DNA of 63,991 bases, the filler included, from Perkinsus olseni (taxonomy: Eukaryota), in assembly GCA_013115125.1 (NCBI GenBank). It is 4 parts of 4 records of this genome, joined end to end, with 100 filler letters (N's around TTAATTAATTAA, not from the genome) between each part and the next. Parts side by side here need not be neighbours in the genome. Positions count along the whole stretch, not along the records: positions 34,140 to 51,085 come from JABANN010000661.1; positions 51,186 to 63,991 come from JABANN010000779.1; 2 more parts are not named here. The stretch is one strand, 5' to 3'. This document shows, in pieces, positions 49,495-61,108 of the stretch (its first letter is position 1; the number at the start of each line of letters is the position of its first letter). A model generated the notes under the pieces. The model saw only the letters and a program-made list of their open reading frames with translations. It was not told where the DNA came from and ran no database searches. A program made the translations under genes and the position numbers.

Positions 49495-50712
49495 TCAAAC
49501 AATTGACAACGGGACCTCCACAATATCTCGAGGTTGACTAATGGCGACGACGCTCTCAAGCATGTTCGAGTTGGCCACAGTAGAACCTTGCTCAACATGA
49601 TGGTGGGGATAGACACGATCCCTAAGGGTCTTAACGAAAGCCCTCATGCCAGGAGCGTCCACTACGTGACGATACTTCATCATCTCAGCTCTATCACAGG
49701 TAGCATCAGCAACCTCCTGTCTTAGTGGGCCATATACCTCTCTACCACTTACTCTAACACTTGCTCTGAAACCCTTATGCATCCGTCTGACACCAACAGG
49801 AGCAAAATAATCATGTTTCTTAGGCTTCTTCTGGATACAAGAGCGGGGATCGGTGACATGCTTCATTTGCTCGAGAAGCTTCATCACTTCCGGCTTAGTC
49901 ATACCCCTCTCGACACGCAGTCGATGAACTTCTTTTTGGTCTTCAACACACTGATGGACAGCAACACGATACGGTCCAGTAGCTTGCCGTCTTCCATTCC
50001 TCAATACAGTCACCCAACCGTGGGCTCGGCGAACAACCCTAACCGGGCCGTTTGCATCATCAGTTGTAATATTCAAAGCGCCTGCGAGCTTACCAGACCC
50101 GACGTGGCCTCTCGGGCGAGTACGCCCGATGGTGGGTGTGAAAACATTTGCAGCCGAAGACGACTGACTACCACTGCCAAGTGCAATGGACGAAAACAAC
50201 GTCGGTTCCAAAACCAAAGGCGGGCCAGTCAAGGTCGAGGACCTTTGAGTATCGTACCCTGACAATACACTGGGCAACTGTGGAGTCATCGAAGAGGGAG
50301 GGGGCCGCGTTTCAGACGGAGGATAGACACCGTTACCACGGCGCAGAACATCGGATGAAAGAAGTCTTGCCAGTAGCGTCGAGCCATCATGGATCACCGG
50401 CAAGACGCTTTCGCGAGCGGCATCGTTGGACTGAAGCTGGTCACCAAAAGCCACATGTTTGAAGTCCTCGGAGTCGCCAACCTTCAACCTCTTCGTTGAT
50501 CGTTCAAGAGGCGAGTCGTAGCCGGGGCCTCCCAAAGCAGCATGAAGGCTGTAAGCCTCAAGGTCGCTGCCGGTCATGTGAAGGGCCCCGGGGACAACCG
50601 ACCAAGTCGTTCCGGGCACGGGGATAACGCAGCCCGGCTGAGGTTGACCACATTCCAATCCGGTACCCTCATTGTGGCCGCTGTCGGAGTTTGTGTTGAA
50701 AGGCAAGAACAT
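49495..50712 (-). CDS. Intronless protein with two AP2-like (beta3-alpha) DNA-binding segments; candidate transcription factor
   Basis: Long ORF with likely ATG at 50712. Two similar segments: VRRAHGWVTVLRNGRRQATGPYR...CVEDQ and VGVRRMHKGFRASVRVSGREVYGPLRQEVADATCDR. The N-terminus is S/P-rich. Confidence 0.55.
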   Translation of the reverse strand: MFLPFNTNSDSGHNEGTGLECGQPQPGCVIPVPGTTWSVVPGALHMTGSDLEAYSLHAALGGPGYDSPLERSTKRLKVGDSEDFKHVAFGDQLQSNDAARESVLPVIHDGSTLLARLLSSDVLRRGNGVYPPSETRPPPSSMTPQLPSVLSGYDTQRSSTLTGPPLVLEPTLFSSIALGSGSQSSSAANVFTPTIGRTRPRGHVGSGKLAGALNITTDDANGPVRVVRRAHGWVTVLRNGRRQATGPYRVAVHQCVEDQKEVHRLRVERGMTKPEVMKLLEQMKHVTDPRSCIQKKPKKHDYFAPVGVRRMHKGFRASVRVSGREVYGPLRQEVADATCDRAEMMKYRHVVDAPGMRAFVKTLRDRVYPHHHVEQGSTVANSNMLESVVAISQPRDIVEVPLSIV

Positions 50713-51085
50713 GCTGGTGCGTGCACGTATGAACGTGGAGCCGGCGCACACGCGTGCAAGAACATCAACATAGCAAATCCAAGACCGCAAGATTTCAAGA
50801 TGCCCCCCCTGCCGCCGGGCGGCCCTGCACGGGCTAAGGCCGGCATGTGTGCAAGAAGGGTCTCCCTAATATCCAAACGCTATGCAGGCTTGTTATGCAT
50901 GATGTGCGGGCTGTGAGTGCTAACTTAGCACTGCTAAGCGACTCTTCAGAAGAGTGGCTCTGTTCGTTATAGATCCGCGTAACTTCAGGAGCTAGGGAGC
51001 TTCGTAACTTCAGGGGCCTATTCAAGTGCTTTTCGTTTCCGGGTTCCGAGTCCGAGGGAAATTTACCAGGCCCCGAGTCCGAGGA

Positions 51086-51185
51086 NNNNNNNNNNNNNNN
51101 NNNNNNNNNNNNNNNNNNNNNNNNNNNNNTTAATTAATTAANNNNNNNNNNNNNNNNNNNNNNNNNNNNNNNNNNNNNNNNNNNN
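51086..51185. other. Artificial contig linker
   Basis: N-TTAATTAATTAA-N. Confidence 0.95.

Positions 51186-51256
<71 letters not shown>
51186..51256. repeat. (ACT)n microsatellite at the contig edge
   Basis: Pure actactact run. Confidence 0.95.
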
Positions 51257-51259
51257 CCG

Positions 51260-52840
51260 TCATTGATGCATAGGAACTCCATGACGACGCTGATGCTTGT
51301 TGATGTAGTACCTAATAACAATGTCTATGATGATTATCATAACAAGGATGACAAGACTATTTATTATTATTATTAATACTGGTGATAATATTGGCATTAA
51401 TTGAGGATACTCCGATTCTACTGATGTCTGTACATCGCGGCATGCATCCAATAGACAACGATACCTGACCAGCAGCAGCAAAGCACACCTATGACGCTGG
51501 ACGATGGTGCTGTTGATGTTGTGGTGGTAGTACCTGCGCTCACTCCTAACCAACATCTCCTTAGTCGAGTGTAGTTCCGTAGTAGTAGCAGCTATACATT
51601 GCTTCAATGATGACATATCATTCATACTGCTACTACTTACTATACCACTATCATCATCATCATCACCATCATTGTTGTTGCTGTTATCGGACTCCTGATG
51701 AACGGTCATAATCATCATCATGATATGAAACAGTATCACACTACTCCGTAATTACCCCATCAGGCGTGTCATTATCCTTCTGTTGTTGTTGTTGTTGTTT
51801 TATTGATTGTTGTTTGATATATCTGAATAATGAAGGGATGCTCATCATGATGATGATGCCCAATACTCATTACTGTTCCAATAACTGCATCCTATCCTCA
51901 GCTAATGCCAACTTCTCTCTTGTCGATTGCAAATCCATGGACGATGATGTAGCGGCACCAGGTTGGCCATTCTTATCCGACTCATCATCATCATCACGAC
52001 CCTCATGATGAGCATTAGAATGACCATCAGTTTCCGCATTCCGCATATCCTCTAGTTGCACTTTTAACTTTTTATTCTCATCTTCGAGCTTGGATACTCT
52101 CTCGGCCTCCCTCTGCATCCTATTCCTGAACAATACCAATAATGATGACGATAAGGCGCGTAGGAACCCTGCCTTCTATGTTCTTGCAAGTCTTCAACTT
52201 TCCTGATAACTTCATCATTGATCATCATTGATCGGCGGCCCCCACCATCCATGTTATCGTCTGCTGCTGGTGATGGTATTATCATGTTCATGACCTACCA
52301 AGGATGCCTCCATGTGTAAAGATGATGCTGCCTCCCTCAGCTACTACCTCATTATTCTCACTACTACTATCAGTAGTAGTATCATCTCTCCTAGTGATGA
52401 GCATCACTATCCTATTTATATCATATTCATACTGTTCCAGACGTTGTTGGTATAACGAGCATTTAGTGTTAGCATCTTTATAGTCTTTGGTCAATGTTTT
52501 AATCTCTTCAGCTTGTGATAGCAATTGAGCTGAGAGTGCATCTTTTCTCGAATCTCCTACTACCTTCATACCTAACCCAGTATCTAACAACATCAATGCT
52601 ACCATGATGCCCCACTACCTGCCGTGCCATCACCCATGGCATTACTTGAGTGCGATGTATCGCCTGCTACTACCGATGCATGAGGATGAGGTTGGACACC
52701 TATAATGCAAAGATACTAGCACTGTATGAGTAGTAGTAGTAGTACTACCCATCCCTGCTACTGCTGTTGCTGATGCAGTGTCATCAGTTACAGGTGCACT
52801 GTTATGATGCACTAGAGTAGGAGGAGGGGATGGCAGCTGC

Positions 52841-52880
<40 letters not shown>

Positions 52881-54218
52881 GCTGCTCTTGCTGTTGTTGT
52901 AATTTAACAGCAGCATAGCTCAACAACTGAGTCAACTGTTGTATTTGTTCTGAGTATCTAATAACACCAATATTACCAATCCACCAGTATTATTATTCCA
53001 TCATCTTAGTATTATTGTTATTACACTTTCTTCATCTCTCCCTTCTCTTCTTGAACCCTATCGAACTCCTCTTGTAAGTCTCTGAGATCCTCGTGTAACC
53101 TCTTGTCCTGTTGCATTTTTGGTATCTACTACCACACGATAACTAGAGGGGCTTAGTAGTTGTCATTGTTAGTATTGTTATTATTACCAGTCCACCACCA
53201 GCAAAACCTCTCATACCATTGGAATTGAGTTGTCGTTGATTATGTACTTCAACTTCTAATTGTTCAATTAACCTCTGTAATTCACTATTCTCAAACATCA
53301 ACCCTGAAATACGAATGCCGCCGCCGCCCCCACCAGCTCTGTCCGTCATTATTATTACTTTCCAGTGTTTTCCTACTCTCGTAGAGCTCGAGTCTGGTGC
53401 TGACTAGATCATCATCACCACCTTGTGTAGTGTGCATCATCGTTCGGGTTGTTGTTGTTGCGACATTAGTATTATTATGGTGGCCAGTAGTAGTGGTAGT
53501 AGTAGCTACTACTGCTGCTGATGATGGTGGTGGAGGTGACTGTACCTTAATACTGTTAATAATAGTCGCCTAGTTAGTACTACCACTACTACCGGTAGAC
53601 CAAGAGCCCCGGGCGTAGAGGCAACCTCCACTATCGCAGGTGATGCTGCTGGATGAGGAGAAGGACTAGCAGCAGCAGGAGTTGGTATTGGTGGTAATAT
53701 CCCTGTTGATGATGATGACGTCGGGGGTGCTGCTGCTGTTGTTGTGTGTAACTGTAGCATTAATATATACTCTGCTTCTGCTTGTTGTTGTTGTTATGAT
53801 TACATCATTATTATCCAAGACTGGTGATAAGCCTGGCGGTGGATCAGTAGTGGGTTGAGGGGATGGCAACAGGTGCCCAACAACAACATGTGTCAATAGA
53901 TTATCTACACAACTATTACTGCCAACAACAACAACAACAACAACAACAGCTACCACCACCAAAGGTATTACCAGTAGGAGATGCTGCTGCTGTTGTTGTT
54001 GTTGTTGTTGTTGTATTAGTCCCTTCATTCATAGTTTGATGTAATGCCGCTGCCAACTCAAGACTAGCCGTAGCAGCATCCTTCTCGTCATTACCAGCAG
54101 CCATTAGTGCTGCTGCAGTTGTCCTAGTAGTAGTAGTAGTAGTAGTACAACCACCATCACCACCACTAGATGATTCTCCTACCACTACTCTTGATGATGA
54201 TGACGTTGATGAATCCAT
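51260..54218 (-). CDS. Low-complexity coiled-coil protein of unknown function, multi-exon, probably 3' truncated
   Basis: Heptad-like exons (LMFENSELQRLIEQLEVEV; EAERVSKLEDENKKLKVQLEDM) interleaved with poly-Q/T/S tracts; ATG at 54218. Confidence 0.6.
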
Positions 54219-54521
54219 AAAAATAATACAATACTACACGTGTGCTCCCTTAATGATGAGCAGCGTCCCCTCTATCATCATCGCTCCTGGGCGTATCTTC
54301 CTGTTCCTGGTTCAATCCCGGCACCTGGCATTTTTCCGTTTGTAAAATTAGACGAATGAAGGAGGGCATTGGAAGAAGTGATTCTCCTATCACTTATATG
54401 TGATTCCTTGAGGCAGCCAGCTGGTATGAGTAATGGAAGGCCTACCAGCTTGGCACTTGTTACACCTTTCTACAGCATCTATGGTCGCTGTATACATCAG
54501 TTGTTCTTGTTGTCGATAATA

Positions 54522-55591
54522 ATGTCATCTCTTGGGAGTGTAGACTGGTCCGGACTACTAGCATGGTCTACTAAATATCATGATACCACAACTTCAACAA
54601 CTCCACAGCAGCCGATGTCAGCGGAGAGGAGGGAGTTCCTAGAGAAGGCTATAGAGGAGACATTAGGTAGTAGTACTAGTTACCAGTCTAACAACATCAA
54701 CATCAATAGCAGCAGTGTGCAGGTAAACAGGAGAATCCTAATAATGTTATGAAGGAGGCAATAACCAAGTTGAATGGTATAATATCCAATATTGACCATA
54801 CCTATGCAGCTGATGATGAGGAGTCCTCAACATCATCACCAACAAGCACTAGTGGTGAAGCTATAACAGCGTTGTTAGCGGTGATAGACAGGTGTACTGA
54901 TTATCCCGACTGTCCTAGGAATCTAGAGGTACTTGGTGGTACACGACCATTACTGTATCTCTCCTGTAATGATAATAACATTATTACTGATGTTAATGTA
55001 CGGATAGAGGCTGCTGAGCTGTTGGCTCTGATGTTATCTAATAATACTGACGTGCAACAGGCATGTTACACAAGATATCATGGTCTACATCGATTGCAGA
55101 ATAGGATAGTAAAACTATCGACATCTGGTCCTCATGATGATAAGGAGTTAGCAGCCCTATTGAGTGCATTAGGGTCTTTGATACGTAACTACCCCCAAGC
55201 TGAATCAGCATTTATTAGTGATAGTAATGGTACTCACCTCATAGCCACACTACTTAATAAAGATTATTCTATTAGAGTACAACAGAAGGCGGGTAGCCTG
55301 TATAGGTATCTACTATCCGATGGTAGAGCTACTATAGTGGGCTCGGATGATGTTGCCAAGGCACTCATCCAGTTATATCATAGTGATGGTGGTGATGGTG
55401 ATGACGGCGGGGACATACAGTACTATGAGATATTGGCTGGTCTGTCGTATGAACTACGAGCATTCCCTGGCATGGCCGATGCTGTTAAGGAACGTATGAA
55501 GAGGATATTGAGTAGTAGTAATAAGAAGGACTATCAACCAGAGCTCACTATACTTATACAAACCGCTAAATACACCACTACCAAACACTAG
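54522..55591 (+). CDS. FES1: Hsp70 nucleotide-exchange factor Fes1/HspBP1 family (armadillo-like)
   Basis: DWSGLLAWSTK...PMSAERREFLEKA N-terminus, one intron (~54668-54722), and ARM-like repeats (LALMLSNNTDVQQ, ALLSALGSLIRNY). Confidence 0.8.
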
Positions 55592-55700
55592 AGTATTAGT
55601 TTTATCATTATTAATACTGATGTTATGTTAGTATCAGTCAATATCATCCTGGCCACCCGATACGTGATGCTACTACTGCTGCTGCTACGTTCTTGTCCAT

Positions 55701-56863
55701 ATGTCATCATCATCAGCATCTCATAATGTAACTCAGGAGGATGGTCTAAATGATGGTGAGGGGAAGGATGATAATGGCAGACCTCCACTGTTCAATAACA
55801 TGAGTAAGTTGTTGTTATCATGAGTAGTGGTAATGCACTGTTGTTCTAGGGAAAGCGTATAGACAGGAGCTGAGATGTCCTGAGCTATTACCCTACGAGA
55901 ATGACCTCATCAATGATGTTACTTTATTCATGGAAACCAAGGTAATAGGATGATTGGTATCGCAACAAGCTACACGTGTTGTGATTATTACTCAGAATGA
56001 TACCATTGATAGACCGGACCACAATGACAATGATATATTGTTAGATGTTATCAAGATTGATGTAATAACGAGGATAACTAAACCTCATCCTCGTTCTGCT
56101 CGATCATCATCAACTACTTGTTCGTGTTGTTGTTGGTAGTTGATGAGAACACAATACATGGTTAAATCGTACCTACGGCAAAGGTTATGGAAACTACAAA
56201 GATATCCGATATACTATCTAAGGTAGTAGTGGCGCTTCTACTAGTGCACCTTGTTGTCACTGATGATGCCTGTTAATATTATCAGATCCCATGTGGATAG
56301 GCTAAGTCCAATGGAGAGGGACTTTGCCGAGAGGTGGTAACAAGGAGCACCCAAAAAGCACTTTTCACCTGCCCAGTCAACGTCCATTATCATTCTTATT
56401 GTTAGTTTAAGTAAACTCACAGAAGAGCATATGGATGAGTCGTTCCTGCATACGATGCCAGCGGGCGAAGGCTTTGAAGCATTCAGGGTAGTAGAAGTAA
56501 TTGTACCATAATATCTGTTGTATCATTATCAGAGCCTCGATAACACATCGGACACCATGGGCAATATGATCCGTACACCAAGTCTAGATACTACTACTGT
56601 AGTAGCCAAGATATTAGATAATTTAGGAGATACCACCACCACCACCAGCAGCAGCAGTGGTGCTGCTGGGAGGAATAGTATTAGGGTGTGGAATAAGTAA
56701 TACTCGTTCGTGGTGTTATCATGGTGGTGGTGATACATCTTATTCAAGGTCAGCAAGAGATTACATTGATATGAAGTTGATGAAGGGTAGATCGTATATA
56801 GTAGGGTATGATGTGGTAAGACCATATCTTGAGGAAGGCCGCGGTAAGGTTGAATTAGTGTAA
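55701..56863 (+). CDS. SLD5: GINS complex subunit Sld5 (GINS4), multi-exon
   Basis: Spliced reading KAYRQELRCPELLPYEND, VKSYLRQRLWKLQRY, LSPMERDFAE, ESFLHTMP, MIRTPSLD and YIVGYDVVRPYLEEG..VELV*. Confidence 0.85.
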
Positions 56864-57043
56864 CAACTGCCAACAGTAGTCATCATCATCATGACCACTT
56901 ATCATTACTATCACTGGTATGATTATTACTCATAATCAGTCAAGAATGTATACTCTTTGGTTAATCATCATCATTCTCATCACCTAGGCATACCATCTGG
57001 TGTAGTTTATTATTATTATCATCATTGTCTAACATTACCAGTC

Positions 57044-58510
57044 ATGACAGAATTCAAGAAGGCTGAGGAGCTATTTGATAGGCTTTTAGAGTCACATGAA
57101 GCATTGGTTACCGATCATATACCGAATGGCAGAGATGAGTAGTAACAGCAGCAGCAGCAACTACTACCCTTGTTGTGACTATCATACGACCATTCATTAT
57201 ACTAACCACCATCATTGTTATTACCATACTCTATCGGCTACTGTTGTTGTTGTTGCTACTTAGATTGCCGTCCAACAAGGAGGATCTCGAACAGTACAAC
57301 GAGTTCGAAGGGCTCATCCATGAGTGTGGTAACTATATACTCAAGTTCAAGAAGCGACTGTTGGATGGAAGCCGGAAGAATCCTGATGCAGCAGCCGTGT
57401 ATGGGCCGAAGATGAAGGCCAAGGTGATAGATAGGCATGATGATGGGTGATGTTGATGATGATGATAACGATTAGCTACTGTCGAGTAGGTGGAGGGACT
57501 GATAGAACGATATGAGGAAGTGTATGAACAATACGAAGATATCATACAACCACTATTTGAGCATGCATCCTTACAAGAAAAGGATAGACTGAGAAGAGAG
57601 GAAGAGGTAGTAATCATTAACACTGGTACAGAGCCAACAACAATACTGTACAGAGACGGAAACAAGATAAGAAGGATGCTATAGAGAAGGATGTCCAACA
57701 GAGGGCACAATGGGCAGCTAACTTTGATAAGGTAATATACCTCAGCAGGGATACAGGTATGATGATAATCATCAGACTAGAGAAGAGGCTGAGAGAGCAC
57801 AGCAAGAGAGGGAGGCTGCTGAGAAGGTAGTAGTAGTACTAGTATTATTACAATGGTATATCATCGTCCTGCTCATAGGAAAGGGTAGATGCACAGAATG
57901 CTGAGTTGATGGCGAAGCGACGAGAAGAAGAGGAGAAGATACGATCAATGGATGAAGATACTAAAAGTAATATCATCATCAATCGCTATTATCCTCACTA
58001 CTACTATCACCACCATCGCTGTTAGTCTGTACTGCCATCAAAGAGATGCTTGAGTGTAACGATAACATGACAATAGCACAGTTGAGGATGCATTTGGGTA
58101 AACTGAAGGAGTATATATCAGCAATAGCATCAACACCAGAGGATGACCAGCTACGTACAGTGAGGCTGGCTAATAGGTCATTTAATGATAATATAGGATG
58201 CTTGCCGGGTGCTGTACTGTTCTTGAGAGGTGTAGGCTTCCAACCTACTATTGATACTAATAAGTCGCATGATGATATGATACGGTTCATCAAGTTGAAG
58301 GAGCCTGATGCTGTTAAAGATTGGGATTATTGGCAGACGTGGCAGAAGAGGCTCGAGAACTATGTTGACTTCCTATCAACATTCGAAGCACAGATGCCTA
58401 CTAGCTTTGATGCCCAGAGACTATTCATAAATCAGGCTGATATCAATGCCGATCATATCATTCAACTGTGGCATGATACTGGTATAACTACATCAACTAC
58501 ATCACAGTGA
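57044..58510 (+). CDS. PUB-domain protein with a coiled-coil N-terminus, multi-exon
   Basis: Last exon YISAIASTPEDDQLRTVRLANRSFNDNIGCLPGAVLFLRGVGF matches the PUB consensus. Confidence 0.8.
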
Positions 58511-58683
58511 GATTGAAGATACTCTACACTCGAGTCACTACTAGTAGTAGTAGCCTTGCTACCCTATACCTCTTCATAGTTACTATCTCCTTCTATCTGT
58601 GTGTTGTTGATGTATTAATGACGGTTGTACTCTTCCCTTCTTTCTTTCCCTTCCGTAGTTTCTCCTTTTCCCTTATCATCCGT

Positions 58684-58956
58684 ATGATACCACCATGGAC
58701 TTCATCATTAGTGTCACGTCTCGCTGGGAAGGCAGTTAGCAATCAATCTACTATGCTCTTCACAACCACAACACTACCGAAGGGGGGGCCCCTCCTGCTA
58801 GGAGGGGCCGCAGCAGGTAGTAGCATTACCTTATCGAGTATTACTCCTATAGTCAGGCACCGTCTTTGGATACCACTACTGCCTCGATTCATCATTTCTA
58901 CTACCGTGGAGGTATACATCGACTTCTCATGGGGGGGATGATAACAATGGTACTTC

Positions 58957-58991
<35 letters not shown>

Positions 58992-60720
58992 CTGTACGGA
59001 ACTTGACAGCCCAAATAATAGCTGATATAGGTGATAACGATAATACCTGTAGGATCTTACCATCGTCATTATTATCATCATTCGCAGATAAATTATCATT
59101 TTGTAGTACTACAGTATTACCATCGTTAATGAAGGCCCAGGAGACAAAAGAATGCTCAGCACCACTGCAAGATGATGATGATGATGATGCATCAACAGTA
59201 GCATCATCATCATCATCATCATCAGTCGCTGGTGATGGTGTAGAGAGTGATTGCCACTACCATACCAAACCGGAGCCAAACCCTATTAAACGATGGTTGT
59301 GTATTATATCGAGTATGGCAACTCTAGCAGCATTATGGACATCAGCTCTAGCCTTCCCTGCTGCTTTGTTGTAAGTTGGTTATGCATCACTGCCAACCTC
59401 GGCCATATCCTCTCCTAGTTACACCTCAATCAAGGGTTATTGGAATCTTCTCGCTGTTTTACTCACATTCTGGGCTTCAGCTATGCTCATCCATTTTCCT
59501 CAGTGTAAGTGCTCTCTTACAATGCCCGTGCTGCTGCTGCTGCTGCTGATGGTGATGGTGGTGGTGGTTGTAGGTCCGGGTATCAGAGATTATCTATTAC
59601 GTGGTTGTGAGTATTGGTTTAACGGTGTTGATGTTATTTTCCAAGACACCCCAATGAGGGATCATACCATATTCTGTTATCATCCCCATGGTGCTATTGC
59701 TATTGGACTATCCTCTAGTATACGTTTCCTATTCCACCAATTACATCATCATTATCAAAGCTATCCTGTTATGGTTGCATCACCCTTCCTCCGGTAACTA
59801 CCCATCATCATCGTCAGCTATGCCACCTGCTTCGGTATCTTCAGGTGGTTCTGCCCGACTTGGAAGATTCTATTCGATTTGTGTGGTATAACATTCGGTG
59901 GTGCAGGGCGGAAGGAGTTCAAACGTTTATTACAGTCTGGCAAGAGTTGTGTAAGTGTTGTGCATCATCTTCGATGATCATACCAGTACATCATCATCCT
60001 ATTATCAAGGTATTGGTTACTGGAGGCTTTCATGAAGCAACTATCACATGCCCCGGTACTGATAGGATATATCTCAATAATGGAAGGTGAGTTGCGTCAG
60101 TAGTTTTAGTGTATGATTATGATGATGGACAGGAAAGGATTTGTTCGTTATGCCCTTCGCGAAGGGTATTCTCTAACTCCTGTCTATGGTTTTGGTGAGA
60201 CCGATACATTCTCTAATGTAAGCATGAATATTAATGCCTATTAACATGTCAGTGTTATCATTATGAATCAGGTACAAGGCATGTGGGGGTTCCGTTACTG
60301 GCTCAATAGTGGTACTTTCCAGATACCAGCGGTAGTAGTAGCCCGGCTGAGCCCGTCGAGTTACCCACCAGGTATTGTTAGGTATGGGGGTTAGGCCATT
60401 GGCTATGCCCGATATTGCCACGCAGAGAGAAATTGAGAATAGTATATGGCACTCCACTACATCTACCACGTATACCAAATCCAACTCAAGAAGAAGTCGA
60501 CAAGTGGGTTGTATCATCGTCATCGCAACCATGAGTTGTTATTGGAGTGGTATGCCGTAGGTATCATGCCATGTATATTGAGAAGGTTCGGGATCTCTAT
60601 GATGAATACAAACCATACGATCGTCATCTTGAAGTATGGTAATGATGTTACGTCTCACTTCAACAACCACTTGTAGTGTTGTTATGATCTATCATCATTG
60701 AACGTCGCTCTCGTGACGAT
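58684..60720 (+). CDS. DGAT2: Diacylglycerol acyltransferase type 2 / MOGAT family, multi-exon (3' end approximate)
   Basis: IFCYHPHG, VTGGFHEA, RKGFVRYALREGYSLTPVYGFGETD and YIEKVRDLYDEYK. Confidence 0.85.
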
Positions 60721-61053
60721 CGATATATCCAGACGCGTTCATACCAACTCTTACTGAACGGGCAGAAGTATAACTATGGAGAGAGCATGCTAATCGTAGT
60801 ATACCATCACTACCCATTGAGTCAACCCAACCCCCAGAAAAACCCACGGTGAGTGAAGATAGACCAAGCTTGAACGAATTGTACCCATCCAATGAAAGAC
60901 AGGCGCTTCTAGCTTGTCGTCTAATCAAGGACTACTTCAGACGCAACATGTTATTCAATCAATGATAACATAAATGATAACGTTAAATATTGAAGTGTCC
61001 TAAACCAGCACTACTCGTACTACGCCATAGTATACCTAATAAATACACCATCC

Positions 61054-61087
<34 letters not shown>

Positions 61088-61108
61088 CATGATTATCCAA
61101 CGAGATGC

